Below are positions 7,719-23,803 of a stretch of 35,059 nt of DNA, piece after piece. The number at the start of each line of letters is the position of its first letter. The stretch's first letter is position 1. This DNA is from Terriglobales bacterium (GTDB lineage Bacteria > Acidobacteriota > Terriglobia > Terriglobales > Acidobacteriaceae): contig JBKKBM010000276.1 in NCBI GenBank assembly GCA_046714215.1, positions 1-35,059 of the forward strand, given 5' to 3'. A model generated the notes under the pieces. It made no database searches. It was not told the DNA's origin and worked only from the letters and a program-made list of their open reading frames with translations. Made by a program: the position numbers and the translations under genes.

Positions 7719-8102
7719 ATGGCCGATCTACAACAGTTGGAAGAATCAATCGTGAGCTTGTCGCTGCTCGATGCGGCGCAGCTCGTTAAGAAGCTTGAGG
7801 AGCGCCTCGGCGTCTCCGCAGCGGCAGCGGCACCGGTGATGATGGCTGGTGGCGGCGCGGCGGCGGGTGCGGCCCCGGCAGCGGAAGCCCAGACCGAGTT
7901 CAGCGTGATCCTGAAGGACGTGGGAGCCAAGAAGATCGAGGTCATCAAGGCCGTCCGCGAAGTCACCAGCCTGGGCTTGAAAGAAGCCAAGGACTTGGTC
8001 GACGGCGCGCCCAAGCCGATCAAAGAAGGCGTAAGCAAGGAAGACGCCGAGAATATCAAGAAGAAGTTCGCCGATGCCGGCGCGACCGTCGAAATCAAGT
8101 AA
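7719..8102 (+). CDS. rplL: 50S ribosomal protein L7/L12
   Basis: 127 aa with an Ala/Gly-rich hinge followed by [52 protein letters not shown], the canonical L12 C-terminal domain. AGGAG RBS at 7707-7711. Confidence 0.98.
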   Translation: MADLQQLEESIVSLSLLDAAQLVKKLEERLGVSAAAAAPVMMAGGGAAAGAAPAAEAQTEFSVILKDVGAKKIEVIKAVREVTSLGLKEAKDLVDGAPKPIKEGVSKEDAENIKKKFADAGATVEIK

Positions 8103-8148
8103 ACGGCCGTACTTCGCTTGATCCGTTTTGAGGGGACTCGGGCGGCAG

Positions 8149-8220
8149 CGGGTGAGCGCGGAGCGAGCGCCGTATAGCGCGAGCAAAGTGCGAGGGCAAA
8201 GCGGCGAAGCCGCGGAGCCC
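8149..8220 (-). repeat. Inverted-orientation copy of the 2512-2584 repeat element
   Basis: CGGGTGAGCGCGGAGCGAGCGCCGTATAGCGCGAGCAAAGTGCGAGGGCAAAGCGGCGAAGCCGCGGAGCCC aligns along its whole length with the reverse complement of the 2512-2584 core. The inner hairpin is GCGGC-GAA-GCCGC here versus GCAGC-TT-GCTGC there, a compensated pair change. Confidence 0.8.
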
Positions 8221-8338
8221 TGGATTTGACGACCCATGCCGCTCGGAGCTCCGGTGCTGAACTCGGTTTCAGTGCTAAACGCTTTTTTCGGACTTCGTAA
8301 ATGAGGTTGGCATGGAGTTCGCGGTTTCGATAAGGAAC

Positions 8339-8396
8339 TGCGAACAAAGTGCGAGGACGATGCAGCCAAGCGTAATCGCTGGGTTTGCGGAGTCCT
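8339..8396 (-). repeat. Degenerate second copy of the same element
   Basis: TGCGAACAAAGTGCGAGGACGATGCAGCCAAGC...TTTGCGGAGTCC shares the GCGA[A/G]CAAAGTGCGAGG and GCGGAG[T/C]CC blocks with 8149-8220, but carries an internal insertion of about 15 nt. Confidence 0.5.
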
Positions 8397-8670
8397 TGGA
8401 TAAAAAAGACTGGCGCAGAAAAAGACAATTTCAGCATTCCTGAGCGCGGCACAACGCGCCGGCGGAGACACTCGTCTCTGCGGGCGCATGCGCGTCTTTA
8501 CTGGAATATTGCGCAGTGTAGCAAAGTAAATCGCGAAAGCAAGAAGGCAATTTCAGTTCCTTTGCTTGTAGACGCGAGAGCAGGATGCACCACCGCAGTA
8601 GCGCTCCGGCCGCCCATGGTCGGATGCGTAAGGCCTGCAACACGTGGGTAGAAAACTAGGAGTTTCTCTA

Positions 8671-13152
<4,482 letters not shown>

Positions 13153-13161
13153 CAACTTGTA

Positions 13162-13188
13162 GGGACGCAGCCCTGGGGGCTGCGTCCC
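13162..13188 (+). other. Perfect 12-bp hairpin in the rpoB-rpoC spacer
   Basis: GGGACGCAGCCC-TGG-GGGCTGCGTCCC begins 10 nt after the rpoB stop and is followed by GTTGGATTGTTTGCAGTTT, a T-rich but interrupted stretch. Candidate attenuator or processing/stability element inside the rpoBC operon. Confidence 0.5.
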
Positions 13189-13323
13189 GTTGGATTGTTT
13201 GCAGTTTAAAGAATGGAAACATCGCACTCCTCGTCACATTGCTCTCGAGTGGCGGGTCGAGTTGGAAGCTTAGCCGCATTCGAGAGCCGGCAGCCGGGAT
13301 CGTGATTCCGGCAGGAGGAAACC

Positions 13324-17514
<4,191 letters not shown>

Positions 17515-17534
17515 CGCATTGCATGCAGCAGGCA

Positions 17535-17564
17535 AGCGGGACCCGAAAGGGTCCCGCTTTTTTC
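17535..17564 (+). terminator. Rho-independent terminator ending the rpoBC operon
   Basis: AGCGGGACCC-GAAA-GGGTCCCGCT followed directly by TTTTTT, 20 nt after the rpoC stop. Confidence 0.92.
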
Positions 17565-17622
17565 TGAGGTATCCAAATCGTCTCTAGCTACAAGGGATTG
17601 CCACTGCTACCCTTGACCTGGC

Positions 17623-18510
17623 ATGCTCCGCAATCTCAACCTGCTACGCCGGGCGTTTTGGCACGCCTTCCGGCATGGCGCCTTCATGAATTCCAAGGGC
17701 GCGGCCTATTCGTCTATTCTTACGGTTTTCCCCTTCCTGATCGTGGTTTCCTGGATATTGTCTGAGACCAACACCACGGACCGGTTCTTCCGCGAGATCT
17801 CCTACGCCTTAGGATTGGTACTGCCCCCGGGGACCCGCACCACCGCGCTGGGAGTTTTTCAAGGGGCGCAGCGTCCCATGAAAGAGATTGTTACCGCCTC
17901 CATCATCATGATCTTTGCCGCTTCCGGCATCATGATTTCCTGGATGGAGGGCTTCCGCCGCGCCCACGGCATCTCCGTCAATCCCTGGGGATTCTGGCGG
18001 GAGCGCGCGGTCGCGCTCCTCCTCGTCTTCCTCGGATTTGCCCCCATGGTCTTTGCCATGTTGCTGGTCGCCTTTGGCAATGTGATCGAGACGTGGGTGC
18101 TATTGCACACCCAATTCGTCCCCAAGCTCTGGGTACTCTTTGTATGGAGCTTGAGCCGCTGGCTGATATCGGGCATCGCCAGCGTCACTGCCATCATGCT
18201 CATCTACCATTGGGGATTGCCCCGGGTACAGCCCTGGCACCGGGTCCTGCCGGGGGCGGTCGTCGCCACGTTTCTGTGGTTCCCCGCTAGCATCGTTTTC
18301 GGCTGGTATGTCACCCGCTATGCCTCTTACAACATCATTTATGGGCCGCTGGGGGCCGGCATTGCGCTGCTGGTACTGCTCTACCTCGTTTCCATCACCA
18401 TCCTGGTCGGTGCGGAGTTCAACGCCGTGGCCTGCCCCCGCACTGCGACTACTGACGACGACGAGCGGCGCGATTCAGATCGGCGCCGGAGACCGCGCCG
18501 TCGCGCCTGA
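17623..18510 (+). CDS. YihY/BrkB family inner-membrane protein
   Basis: 295 aa and polytopic. It has the N-terminal SKGAAYSSILTVFPFLIVV block and the C-terminal ILVGAEFNAV block typical of the YihY family, plus an Arg-rich tail (DERRDSDRRRRPRRRA). Confidence 0.8.
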   Translation: MLRNLNLLRRAFWHAFRHGAFMNSKGAAYSSILTVFPFLIVVSWILSETNTTDRFFREISYALGLVLPPGTRTTALGVFQGAQRPMKEIVTASIIMIFAASGIMISWMEGFRRAHGISVNPWGFWRERAVALLLVFLGFAPMVFAMLLVAFGNVIETWVLLHTQFVPKLWVLFVWSLSRWLISGIASVTAIMLIYHWGLPRVQPWHRVLPGAVVATFLWFPASIVFGWYVTRYASYNIIYGPLGAGIALLVLLYLVSITILVGAEFNAVACPRTATTDDDERRDSDRRRRPRRRA

Positions 18511-18571
18511 AAAGCGGTACACTAACTGCTTCCACCCTATCCTCTGGCTTGCGTAAGGCTTACTCGTAACT

Positions 18572-20158
18572 ATGGACATGGACTTGGACCTGCTCACCCA
18601 CCCCCTGGAATTCAAGACTGGCCGCCGCAAGGCGAAGATCGTCTGCACTATCGGCCCGGCCAGTAATTCTGAAGTCGCCTTGCGCGACCTCATGCGCTTT
18701 GGTATGGACGTGGCCCGCCTGAACTTCTCCCACAGTACCCACGAGGACCACGCCCGGCTTATCGAACGGCTGCGCCGCATCGCCAACAAAGAAGGCCGAA
18801 CCATCTGCATCCTGCAGGACTTGCAGGGGCCGAAGATCCGCACGGGGCGCCTCAAGAACCGTATCCCCATCGCGCTAAAGGCCGGGTCAAAGATCGTGAT
18901 CACTCCGCAGGACGTCCTTGGCACCGGGCAGATCATCTCCACCACATTTCAGACGCTGGCGCGCGAGGTCGAGCCCGGTTCGCGCATCCTGCTCTCAGAC
19001 GGATTGATCGAGCTCCGCGTCAAGGCCATCAAGGGCTCAGAGGTCGAGTGTGAGGTCGTTAATGGCGGCATGCTGGGCGAGCACAAGGGCATCAACCTCC
19101 CGGGCGCTGTATTCACTGTCCCTTCGCTCACCGAAAAAGACGAGGCTGACCTCGAGTTCGGACTGCGCCACAACGTGGACATGATCGCCGTCTCATTCAT
19201 TCGCAGCGCGGACGACGTGCGCTACGTCAAGCGGAGAGTCAAGGACCACCACAGCGACGCCTGGGTCATCGCTAAGCTGGAAAAACCGCAGGCCATCGAG
19301 CACCTGGAAGCCATCCTGGAATCGGCGGACGGCGTGATGGTCGCCCGTGGCGATCTGGGCGTGGAGATGCCGCCGGAAAAAGTTCCCGTCATCCAGAAGC
19401 ACATCATCCGGCGTGCGGCGGAGTGGCGCAAGCCCGTCATCACCGCCACCCAGATGCTGGAGTCCATGATCGAGAACCCGCGGCCTACCCGCGCGGAGGC
19501 CAGTGACGTAGCCAACGCCGTCTTCGACGGTACCGACGCGCTCATGCTCTCCGGCGAGACGGCCAGCGGTAAATATCCCCGCGAGGCCGTCGCCATGATG
19601 GCCAAGATCATTACTGAGACGGAAGGCCAGATGTTCGCCTCCGGACCCGCTATGCGCCGGCGCAGTGAAAAGAAACTCTCCATCTCCGAGACCATCTGCG
19701 AGTCCATCGCCCATGCCGCCCTCGAACTCGACATGCGCGCCATCACTGTCTATACCGAGACCGGCACCACCGCCCGGCTGATCTCCAAGTATCGCCCCAC
19801 CACGGATATATATTCGCTGACCTACGTGCCCGCGGTCTGTAATCGGGCGAACCTGCTGTGGGGCGTCTCTCCCATCCTCTGCAAGCACACTCCGTCGGTG
19901 GAGGAGATGGTCTCCGGCGCGGAGACAGAACTGGTCAGCCGGGGTCTCGCGCAGAAGGACGACGTCATTGGCATTGTCGCCGGCACCCGTACCACCTCCG
20001 GCTCCACCAATTTCATGCGCTTGCATGTGATCGGCACCGCCACGGAAGAGGAAGCCCGCCTCATCCACCGCAAGGTTTTGGCGAAAAAAGGTGTGGCCAC
20101 GCGGAAGAAAAACCTGCGCGCGAAAAAGATGACGCAAGGAAAGACAAAGGCGAAATAG
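18572..20158 (+). CDS. pyk: Pyruvate kinase with a C-terminal tail of about 40 aa (Lys/Arg-rich)
   Basis: KIVCTIGPAS, MDVARLNFSHS, IAKLEKPQA, MVARGDLGVEMP, ATQMLESM and SGETASGKYP are all canonical pyruvate kinase motifs. The start could be ATG 18572 or ATG 18578. Confidence 0.96.
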   Translation: MDMDLDLLTHPLEFKTGRRKAKIVCTIGPASNSEVALRDLMRFGMDVARLNFSHSTHEDHARLIERLRRIANKEGRTICILQDLQGPKIRTGRLKNRIPIALKAGSKIVITPQDVLGTGQIISTTFQTLAREVEPGSRILLSDGLIELRVKAIKGSEVECEVVNGGMLGEHKGINLPGAVFTVPSLTEKDEADLEFGLRHNVDMIAVSFIRSADDVRYVKRRVKDHHSDAWVIAKLEKPQAIEHLEAILESADGVMVARGDLGVEMPPEKVPVIQKHIIRRAAEWRKPVITATQMLESMIENPRPTRAEASDVANAVFDGTDALMLSGETASGKYPREAVAMMAKIITETEGQMFASGPAMRRRSEKKLSISETICESIAHAALELDMRAITVYTETGTTARLISKYRPTTDIYSLTYVPAVCNRANLLWGVSPILCKHTPSVEEMVSGAETELVSRGLAQKDDVIGIVAGTRTTSGSTNFMRLHVIGTATEEEARLIHRKVLAKKGVATRKKNLRAKKMTQGKTKAK

Positions 20159-20210
20159 CCGCAATAACGGCTTCGTGCAGGGAGCTAAGAGCTAAAAGCC
20201 AAAAGCTGCA

Positions 20211-21074
20211 CTAATTCACCCACGGCCCCTTGCCCGCGTCGCCATTATCTTTCTTCGGTTCCGCTTCCGGGCCGCGGTAGTTGCCGTGCTCGTCAAAATA
20301 ATCGTTGCGGTCGTGTTTCCGCATATACACTTCGAACTTCTTGGCCGCTTGTCGCCGCTTCCACTTGTGATAGCGATTGCGCAGTCCATAGGCCGACTCG
20401 CTGAAGCCCAGGCCATGGCGCGGCAGGAATTTCAAATAGAGGAATCCGAAGAGTGCTCCGCCCAGATGCGCGATGGCCGAACCCGGGTCTTCATTGCGCA
20501 GCATGAGCAGGACGTCGATGCCGATCCATATCCCCACCAGATACTTTGCCTTGATGGCGATGGGGAAAGGGAAGAGGTAGACCTCAGACTCGCGAAAAAT
20601 GAGGCCGAAGGCGATGAGGAGTCCGAAGATCCCGCCGGACGCTCCCACCAGATGAACAAGAGGAGAGAGACCGAATACTCCCGCGTAGGAGACGGCGGAG
20701 AAGACCAGCGCGGAACCGATGACGCACCAGTAGTAATACTCAAAGAACTGCCGCCGGCCAAAGTGCTGCTCCATCTGGGCGCCGAACATCCAGAGGACGA
20801 GCATGTTGAACAGCAGGTGCATCACCCCACCGTGGAGAAATGAGTAGGTAATGAGCTGCCACAGGAATCCCTGGCCAATGAGAAGTCCCGGCGTCAGGCC
20901 TAAGTACTCAAAGGACGCCCCGTATAGGCCGGGCGCGAAGCCTTTCAAAAGGGACTGCAGGACAAAAATCGCCACATTGGCGATGATCAGCCAGCGTACT
21001 GCTCCGGAGAACGTGGGCATGTTGAACCCACCCATGCCCCGACCGCCCCCGCCACCTGACATTGTTCGTCGCAT
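20211..21074 (-). CDS. Rhomboid family intramembrane serine protease with a charged C-terminal cytoplasmic tail
   Basis: FLHGGVMHLLFNMLVLW (the H-x4-N block), GASGGIFGL (GxSG catalytic Ser) and AHLGGALFG (catalytic His). The start is taken at the internal ATG 21074 (MRRTMSGGGGG...), 8 nt downstream of the preceding gene's stop. The ORF-track start at 21221 would overlap that gene by about 140 nt. Confidence 0.88.
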   Translation of the reverse strand: MRRTMSGGGGGRGMGGFNMPTFSGAVRWLIIANVAIFVLQSLLKGFAPGLYGASFEYLGLTPGLLIGQGFLWQLITYSFLHGGVMHLLFNMLVLWMFGAQMEQHFGRRQFFEYYYWCVIGSALVFSAVSYAGVFGLSPLVHLVGASGGIFGLLIAFGLIFRESEVYLFPFPIAIKAKYLVGIWIGIDVLLMLRNEDPGSAIAHLGGALFGFLYLKFLPRHGLGFSESAYGLRNRYHKWKRRQAAKKFEVYMRKHDRNDYFDEHGNYRGPEAEPKKDNGDAGKGPWVN

Positions 21075-21082
21075 GCTTTTCC

Positions 21083-22516
21083 CTATCTCTCCGGTGTTGG
21101 TATCACGGCTAGGCTGCGGTTGCCTTTTTTGTCCACCGACCGCACGGCGAAGATCACGTTGTCCTTGGAGCGCTTGAGGGTCGCGGTGGTCACGTTGCCC
21201 ACGGTCTCCACATTCTCCCACTCAGCCGCCGTCGTCGGACGCCACAGTACTTCGTATTTCACCGCGCGGCCGTCGGCCGGGGCCGACCAGGTAAGTTCTG
21301 AATCGTTGTCCAGTTTTCGCGTCAGCAGCTTCACATCCACCGGCGGCCCGGGCGCCGACGCCAAAGATGCTAGCGAAGCCGCATTCACTCGCGCCACGTT
21401 GGCTACGTACTCGAAGTCCACGAACTTCGCCAAATCTCCATATTCGATGCCGTTCTCCGTCCGCGGGTTCTGGTGCTGCCGGTTGAAATCTTCGCGATAC
21501 TCAGTGAACCGCACCGCGGCGAATCCGCTCTCGTTGAAGGCAGTATGGTCGCCCCCGCGCAGAAAACGGTCGCGCCGGAAGATCAGCTTCGCCTGTAACG
21601 GCGCCGCCACATACTTTGCCCCGGTCTCGCGTACATAACGCGCCAACTGCCGTGACGCAGAGTCATTCTCCAGCGCCAGGTTGCGGATGGTGCGCAGCTC
21701 CGCTTCGGTTGCCGCCTGCGGGATTCCCTCGGAAAAGACGCGCACAATCGCCGTATCCTGATCTTTGGCTTTGTTGCCCCCCACGATGTCGTTATTCAGC
21801 ACTCCCGCGATGCTCCAGCCCTCCGCCTTCGCCATCTTGGCGAAGTGTCGGGCCCCGTTCAGCCCCTGTTCCTCGCCCGCCACGGTTAGAAAGATGATGG
21901 TAGAAGGGAAGCGGCGCTGGCTCAACACGCGCGCGCACTCCAGGCTCACCGCCGTGCCGCTGGCATCGTCATTAGCGCCCGGCGCCGGGTCGGTGATGTT
22001 CAACGTATCGCTGTTGCGCGAATCATAATGGCCGGTGACCACAAAGATCGGCTGCGGGCTCTGCTCTGAGGTTCCCCGCAGGACGGCATACACATTGCTG
22101 ATCTCGGTCGCCCTGGGAATACGGTTCGCCGGCTGCTCGGTAAACGTATCCAGCTTCACTTCCAGGCAGCCGCCGCACGCCTGCGAATATTTTTCAAATT
22201 CGGATTTGATCCAGTCCCGCGCCGCCACGATGCCTCGCCCTTTGGCCGCCAACTCCGGATCGTTCGCCGACAGCGTGTTGCGGTTGTGGAAGCTGACCAG
22301 CTTCTCGATGGTGGCCTTGATGCGTGCCGCGGAGACATTTTTTACCGCCGCAGCAATGGCCGGATCCAAATCTTTGCGCGGCAGCCGGGCAGTACGGGTC
22401 GTCTTTGGTGTGCTCGGCGCCACCGGGGGCGTCTGGGAGAAGGCGGTGCAACTCAAGGCCACGCATCCGCATACAAGCAGGGTGGCCATCATTCGCCACG
22501 GCGATTTGCCTATCAT
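21083..22516 (-). CDS. Secreted (possibly lipoprotein) M28 family aminopeptidase with a C-terminal fibronectin-III-like domain
   Basis: Signal peptide MIGKSPWRMMATLLVCGCVALSCTAFSQ. M28 motifs are VVTGHYDS, PGANDDASGTAV and FLTVAGEEQGLNGARHFA. The C-terminal ~90 aa (PPVDVKLL...ELTWSAPADGRAVKYEVLWRPT...) looks FN3-like. GAGGAA RBS. Confidence 0.88.
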   Translation of the reverse strand: MIGKSPWRMMATLLVCGCVALSCTAFSQTPPVAPSTPKTTRTARLPRKDLDPAIAAAVKNVSAARIKATIEKLVSFHNRNTLSANDPELAAKGRGIVAARDWIKSEFEKYSQACGGCLEVKLDTFTEQPANRIPRATEISNVYAVLRGTSEQSPQPIFVVTGHYDSRNSDTLNITDPAPGANDDASGTAVSLECARVLSQRRFPSTIIFLTVAGEEQGLNGARHFAKMAKAEGWSIAGVLNNDIVGGNKAKDQDTAIVRVFSEGIPQAATEAELRTIRNLALENDSASRQLARYVRETGAKYVAAPLQAKLIFRRDRFLRGGDHTAFNESGFAAVRFTEYREDFNRQHQNPRTENGIEYGDLAKFVDFEYVANVARVNAASLASLASAPGPPVDVKLLTRKLDNDSELTWSAPADGRAVKYEVLWRPTTAAEWENVETVGNVTTATLKRSKDNVIFAVRSVDKKGNRSLAVIPTPER

Positions 22517-22574
22517 AGGTTCCTCTTCGGGTCCTCTTCAGGAAATTAGATTTTATGCAGGACGCCAGTTGCAC

Positions 22575-22603
22575 TTGACGCGGGCGCGGAAGCAACTTAA
22601 ATA
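22575..22603 (+). promoter_or_regulatory. Candidate sigma70-type promoter for the lysW-like operon
   Basis: TTGACG (22575-22580), a 17-nt spacer, then TAAATA (22598-22603), in the divergent spacer about 70 nt upstream of ATG 22675. Confidence 0.4.
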
Positions 22604-22674
22604 TAAGACAAGGGTATCATTCTCCAGGGGAGCCTTGGGGCGCCCCTGCATTGTAGCGAAAGCGAGGCAGCACG

Positions 22675-22869
22675 ATGGTTTTGTGTCCGGAATGTGACAA
22701 CGATCTTGATCTCGATGTGGAAGAAGTCGAGGAGGGCGACGTGGTCTCCTGCGTCGAGTGCGGCACGGATTTTGAAGTAGTCGCCGCTGACCCCCTGGAA
22801 CTCGCTCCCGTCGCTGATGACGATGATGACGAGGAAGACGAGGATGAGGATGAGGACGAGGATGAATAA
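22675..22869 (+). CDS. LysW-like zinc-ribbon amino-group-carrier-type mini-protein with a poly-Asp/Glu C-terminus (64 aa)
   Basis: MVLCPECDNDLDLDVEEVEEGDVVSCVECGTDFEVVAADPLELAPV... parallels Thermus LysW as I remember it (CPECGAEL...GELVVCEDCGAELEVVGLDPLRLEP). The canonical C-terminal EDWGE is replaced by DDDDDEEDEDEDEDEDE. Confidence 0.75.
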   Translation: MVLCPECDNDLDLDVEEVEEGDVVSCVECGTDFEVVAADPLELAPVADDDDDEEDEDEDEDEDE

Positions 22870-23275
22870 GCTGCGCCGGGTCTGGCTGCATGGAGCCCTG
22901 GCGGGACTCCTATTCGCGCTTTGCCTCGCCCTGATTCCCGCCACAGGGGTCGCGCAGAACAACGTGGATCCCACCAAGCCCTACGCCCTCATCTTCGGCA
23001 CGGTCTTTGGTCCCGATGACCGGCCGGCTGCCAACGTCAAGATCAAGATCCGCCGGGGCGATCACAAACGGGCCAAGTGGGAATTGGTCTCCGACCGCCG
23101 CGGAGAGTTCGCGCAACGCTTTCCCGCCGGCGCCGCCGACTACTACATCCGCACCGAGATTCCTAAAAAGTATGCTATTGAAAACAAAGAAGTTAAGGTC
23201 AGAATTGCCAATGACGAGCGTCAGGACATCGCGCTGCATCTAACTACGGTAGCTGCCAAAGAAAAGAAGAAGTGA
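22862..23275 (+). CDS. Small secreted CarboxypepD_reg-like (carboxypeptidase regulatory-like) domain protein
   Basis: ATG at 22862 overlaps the lysW-like stop (ATGAATAA, 8-nt overlap). Signal peptide MNKLRRVWLHGALAGLLFALCLALIPATGVAQ. It contains a single Ig-like module (IFGTVFGPDDRPAANVKIKIRR...SDRRGEFAQRFPAGAADYYIR). Confidence 0.8.
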   Translation: MNKLRRVWLHGALAGLLFALCLALIPATGVAQNNVDPTKPYALIFGTVFGPDDRPAANVKIKIRRGDHKRAKWELVSDRRGEFAQRFPAGAADYYIRTEIPKKYAIENKEVKVRIANDERQDIALHLTTVAAKEKKK

Positions 23276-23344
23276 ACCATCAGCCGTCGTGCTGATCGCT
23301 ATTTTGCTTGACTGATCTGATGGTGTTCGACAAAGGAGCATACA

Positions 23345-23743
23345 TTGAAACGTCTTACCAAGATCGTGTTAGGCGGGACCATCCTGGGGGCGGCCGCTTT
23401 TGCGTTCATGCCGCGCAGCGTGGCTGCAACCACAGAACCTGAACCGATCATGCAAAAGGATAAGGACAAGAACCAGCTCAAGAGCCTCACCGGCACCGTC
23501 GTCGGTGAGGGCGAGGCCCCACTGCCGCAGGCCGTGGTCTACCTCAAGAACATGAAGACGCTGGCGGTGAAAAGCTTTATTGCCGATGACACCGGGACAT
23601 TCCGGTTCTTCGCGCTTTCACCCAACACCGATTACCAGGTCTATGCCGAGTACAACGGCCAGCGCAGCGGCACCAAGACGGTGAGCGCCTTTGACAGCAA
23701 GACCAAGGTGGAGATGACGCTGAAGATCGACGTCAAAAAGTAG
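23345..23743 (+). CDS. Small secreted CarboxypepD_reg-like domain protein (paralogue-like neighbour)
   Basis: TTG start with an AGGAG RBS. Signal peptide MKRLTKIVLGGTILGAAAFAFMPRSVAA. Domain signature LTGTVVGEGEAPLPQAVVYLKN...ADDTGTFRFFALSPNTDYQVYAE. Confidence 0.8.
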   Translation: MKRLTKIVLGGTILGAAAFAFMPRSVAATTEPEPIMQKDKDKNQLKSLTGTVVGEGEAPLPQAVVYLKNMKTLAVKSFIADDTGTFRFFALSPNTDYQVYAEYNGQRSGTKTVSAFDSKTKVEMTLKIDVKK

Positions 23744-23760
23744 TCTTCCGTTTTTCACAA

Positions 23761-23789
23761 AAACAGGCCGCCATGCTGGCGGCCTGTTT
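23761..23789. terminator. Bidirectional intrinsic terminator between convergent genes
   Basis: AAACAGGCCGCC-ATGCT-GGCGGCCTGTTT is a 12-bp stem flanked by A-run and T-run sequence. It lies between the stop of 23345-23743 (+) and the stop of rpsA (-). Confidence 0.85.
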
Positions 23790-23803
23790 CATTTGTTTGA
23801 GGT

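Noticed and set aside
7700-8489. 250-aa and 247-aa minus-strand ORFs spanning rplL and the rplL-rpoB spacer
   Set aside because: They are antisense to rplL, with Ala/Ser/Arg/Pro low-complexity translations. They run through the repeat copies and have no start context.
18548-18582. A possible leaderless-type promoter overlapping the pyk start (TTGCGT-16-TATGGA)
   Set aside because: The -10 element is poor (no terminal T), and it would place the transcription start inside the predicted ORF. The support is insufficient.
21075-21221. The upstream 49 codons of the rhomboid ORF
   Set aside because: They would overlap the 3' end of the M28 peptidase gene by about 140 nt. The composition is Arg/Gln/Asp-rich. 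The internal ATG 21074 has a GGAGAG-like RBS and sits 8 nt after the upstream stop.
22553-22977. Minus-strand ORFs (112 and 126 aa) covering the lysW-like gene
   Set aside because: They are the antisense of the GAN-repeat and of the promoter region. The translations are dominated by Arg/Pro/His and Ile/Leu/Val runs generated by the repeat.
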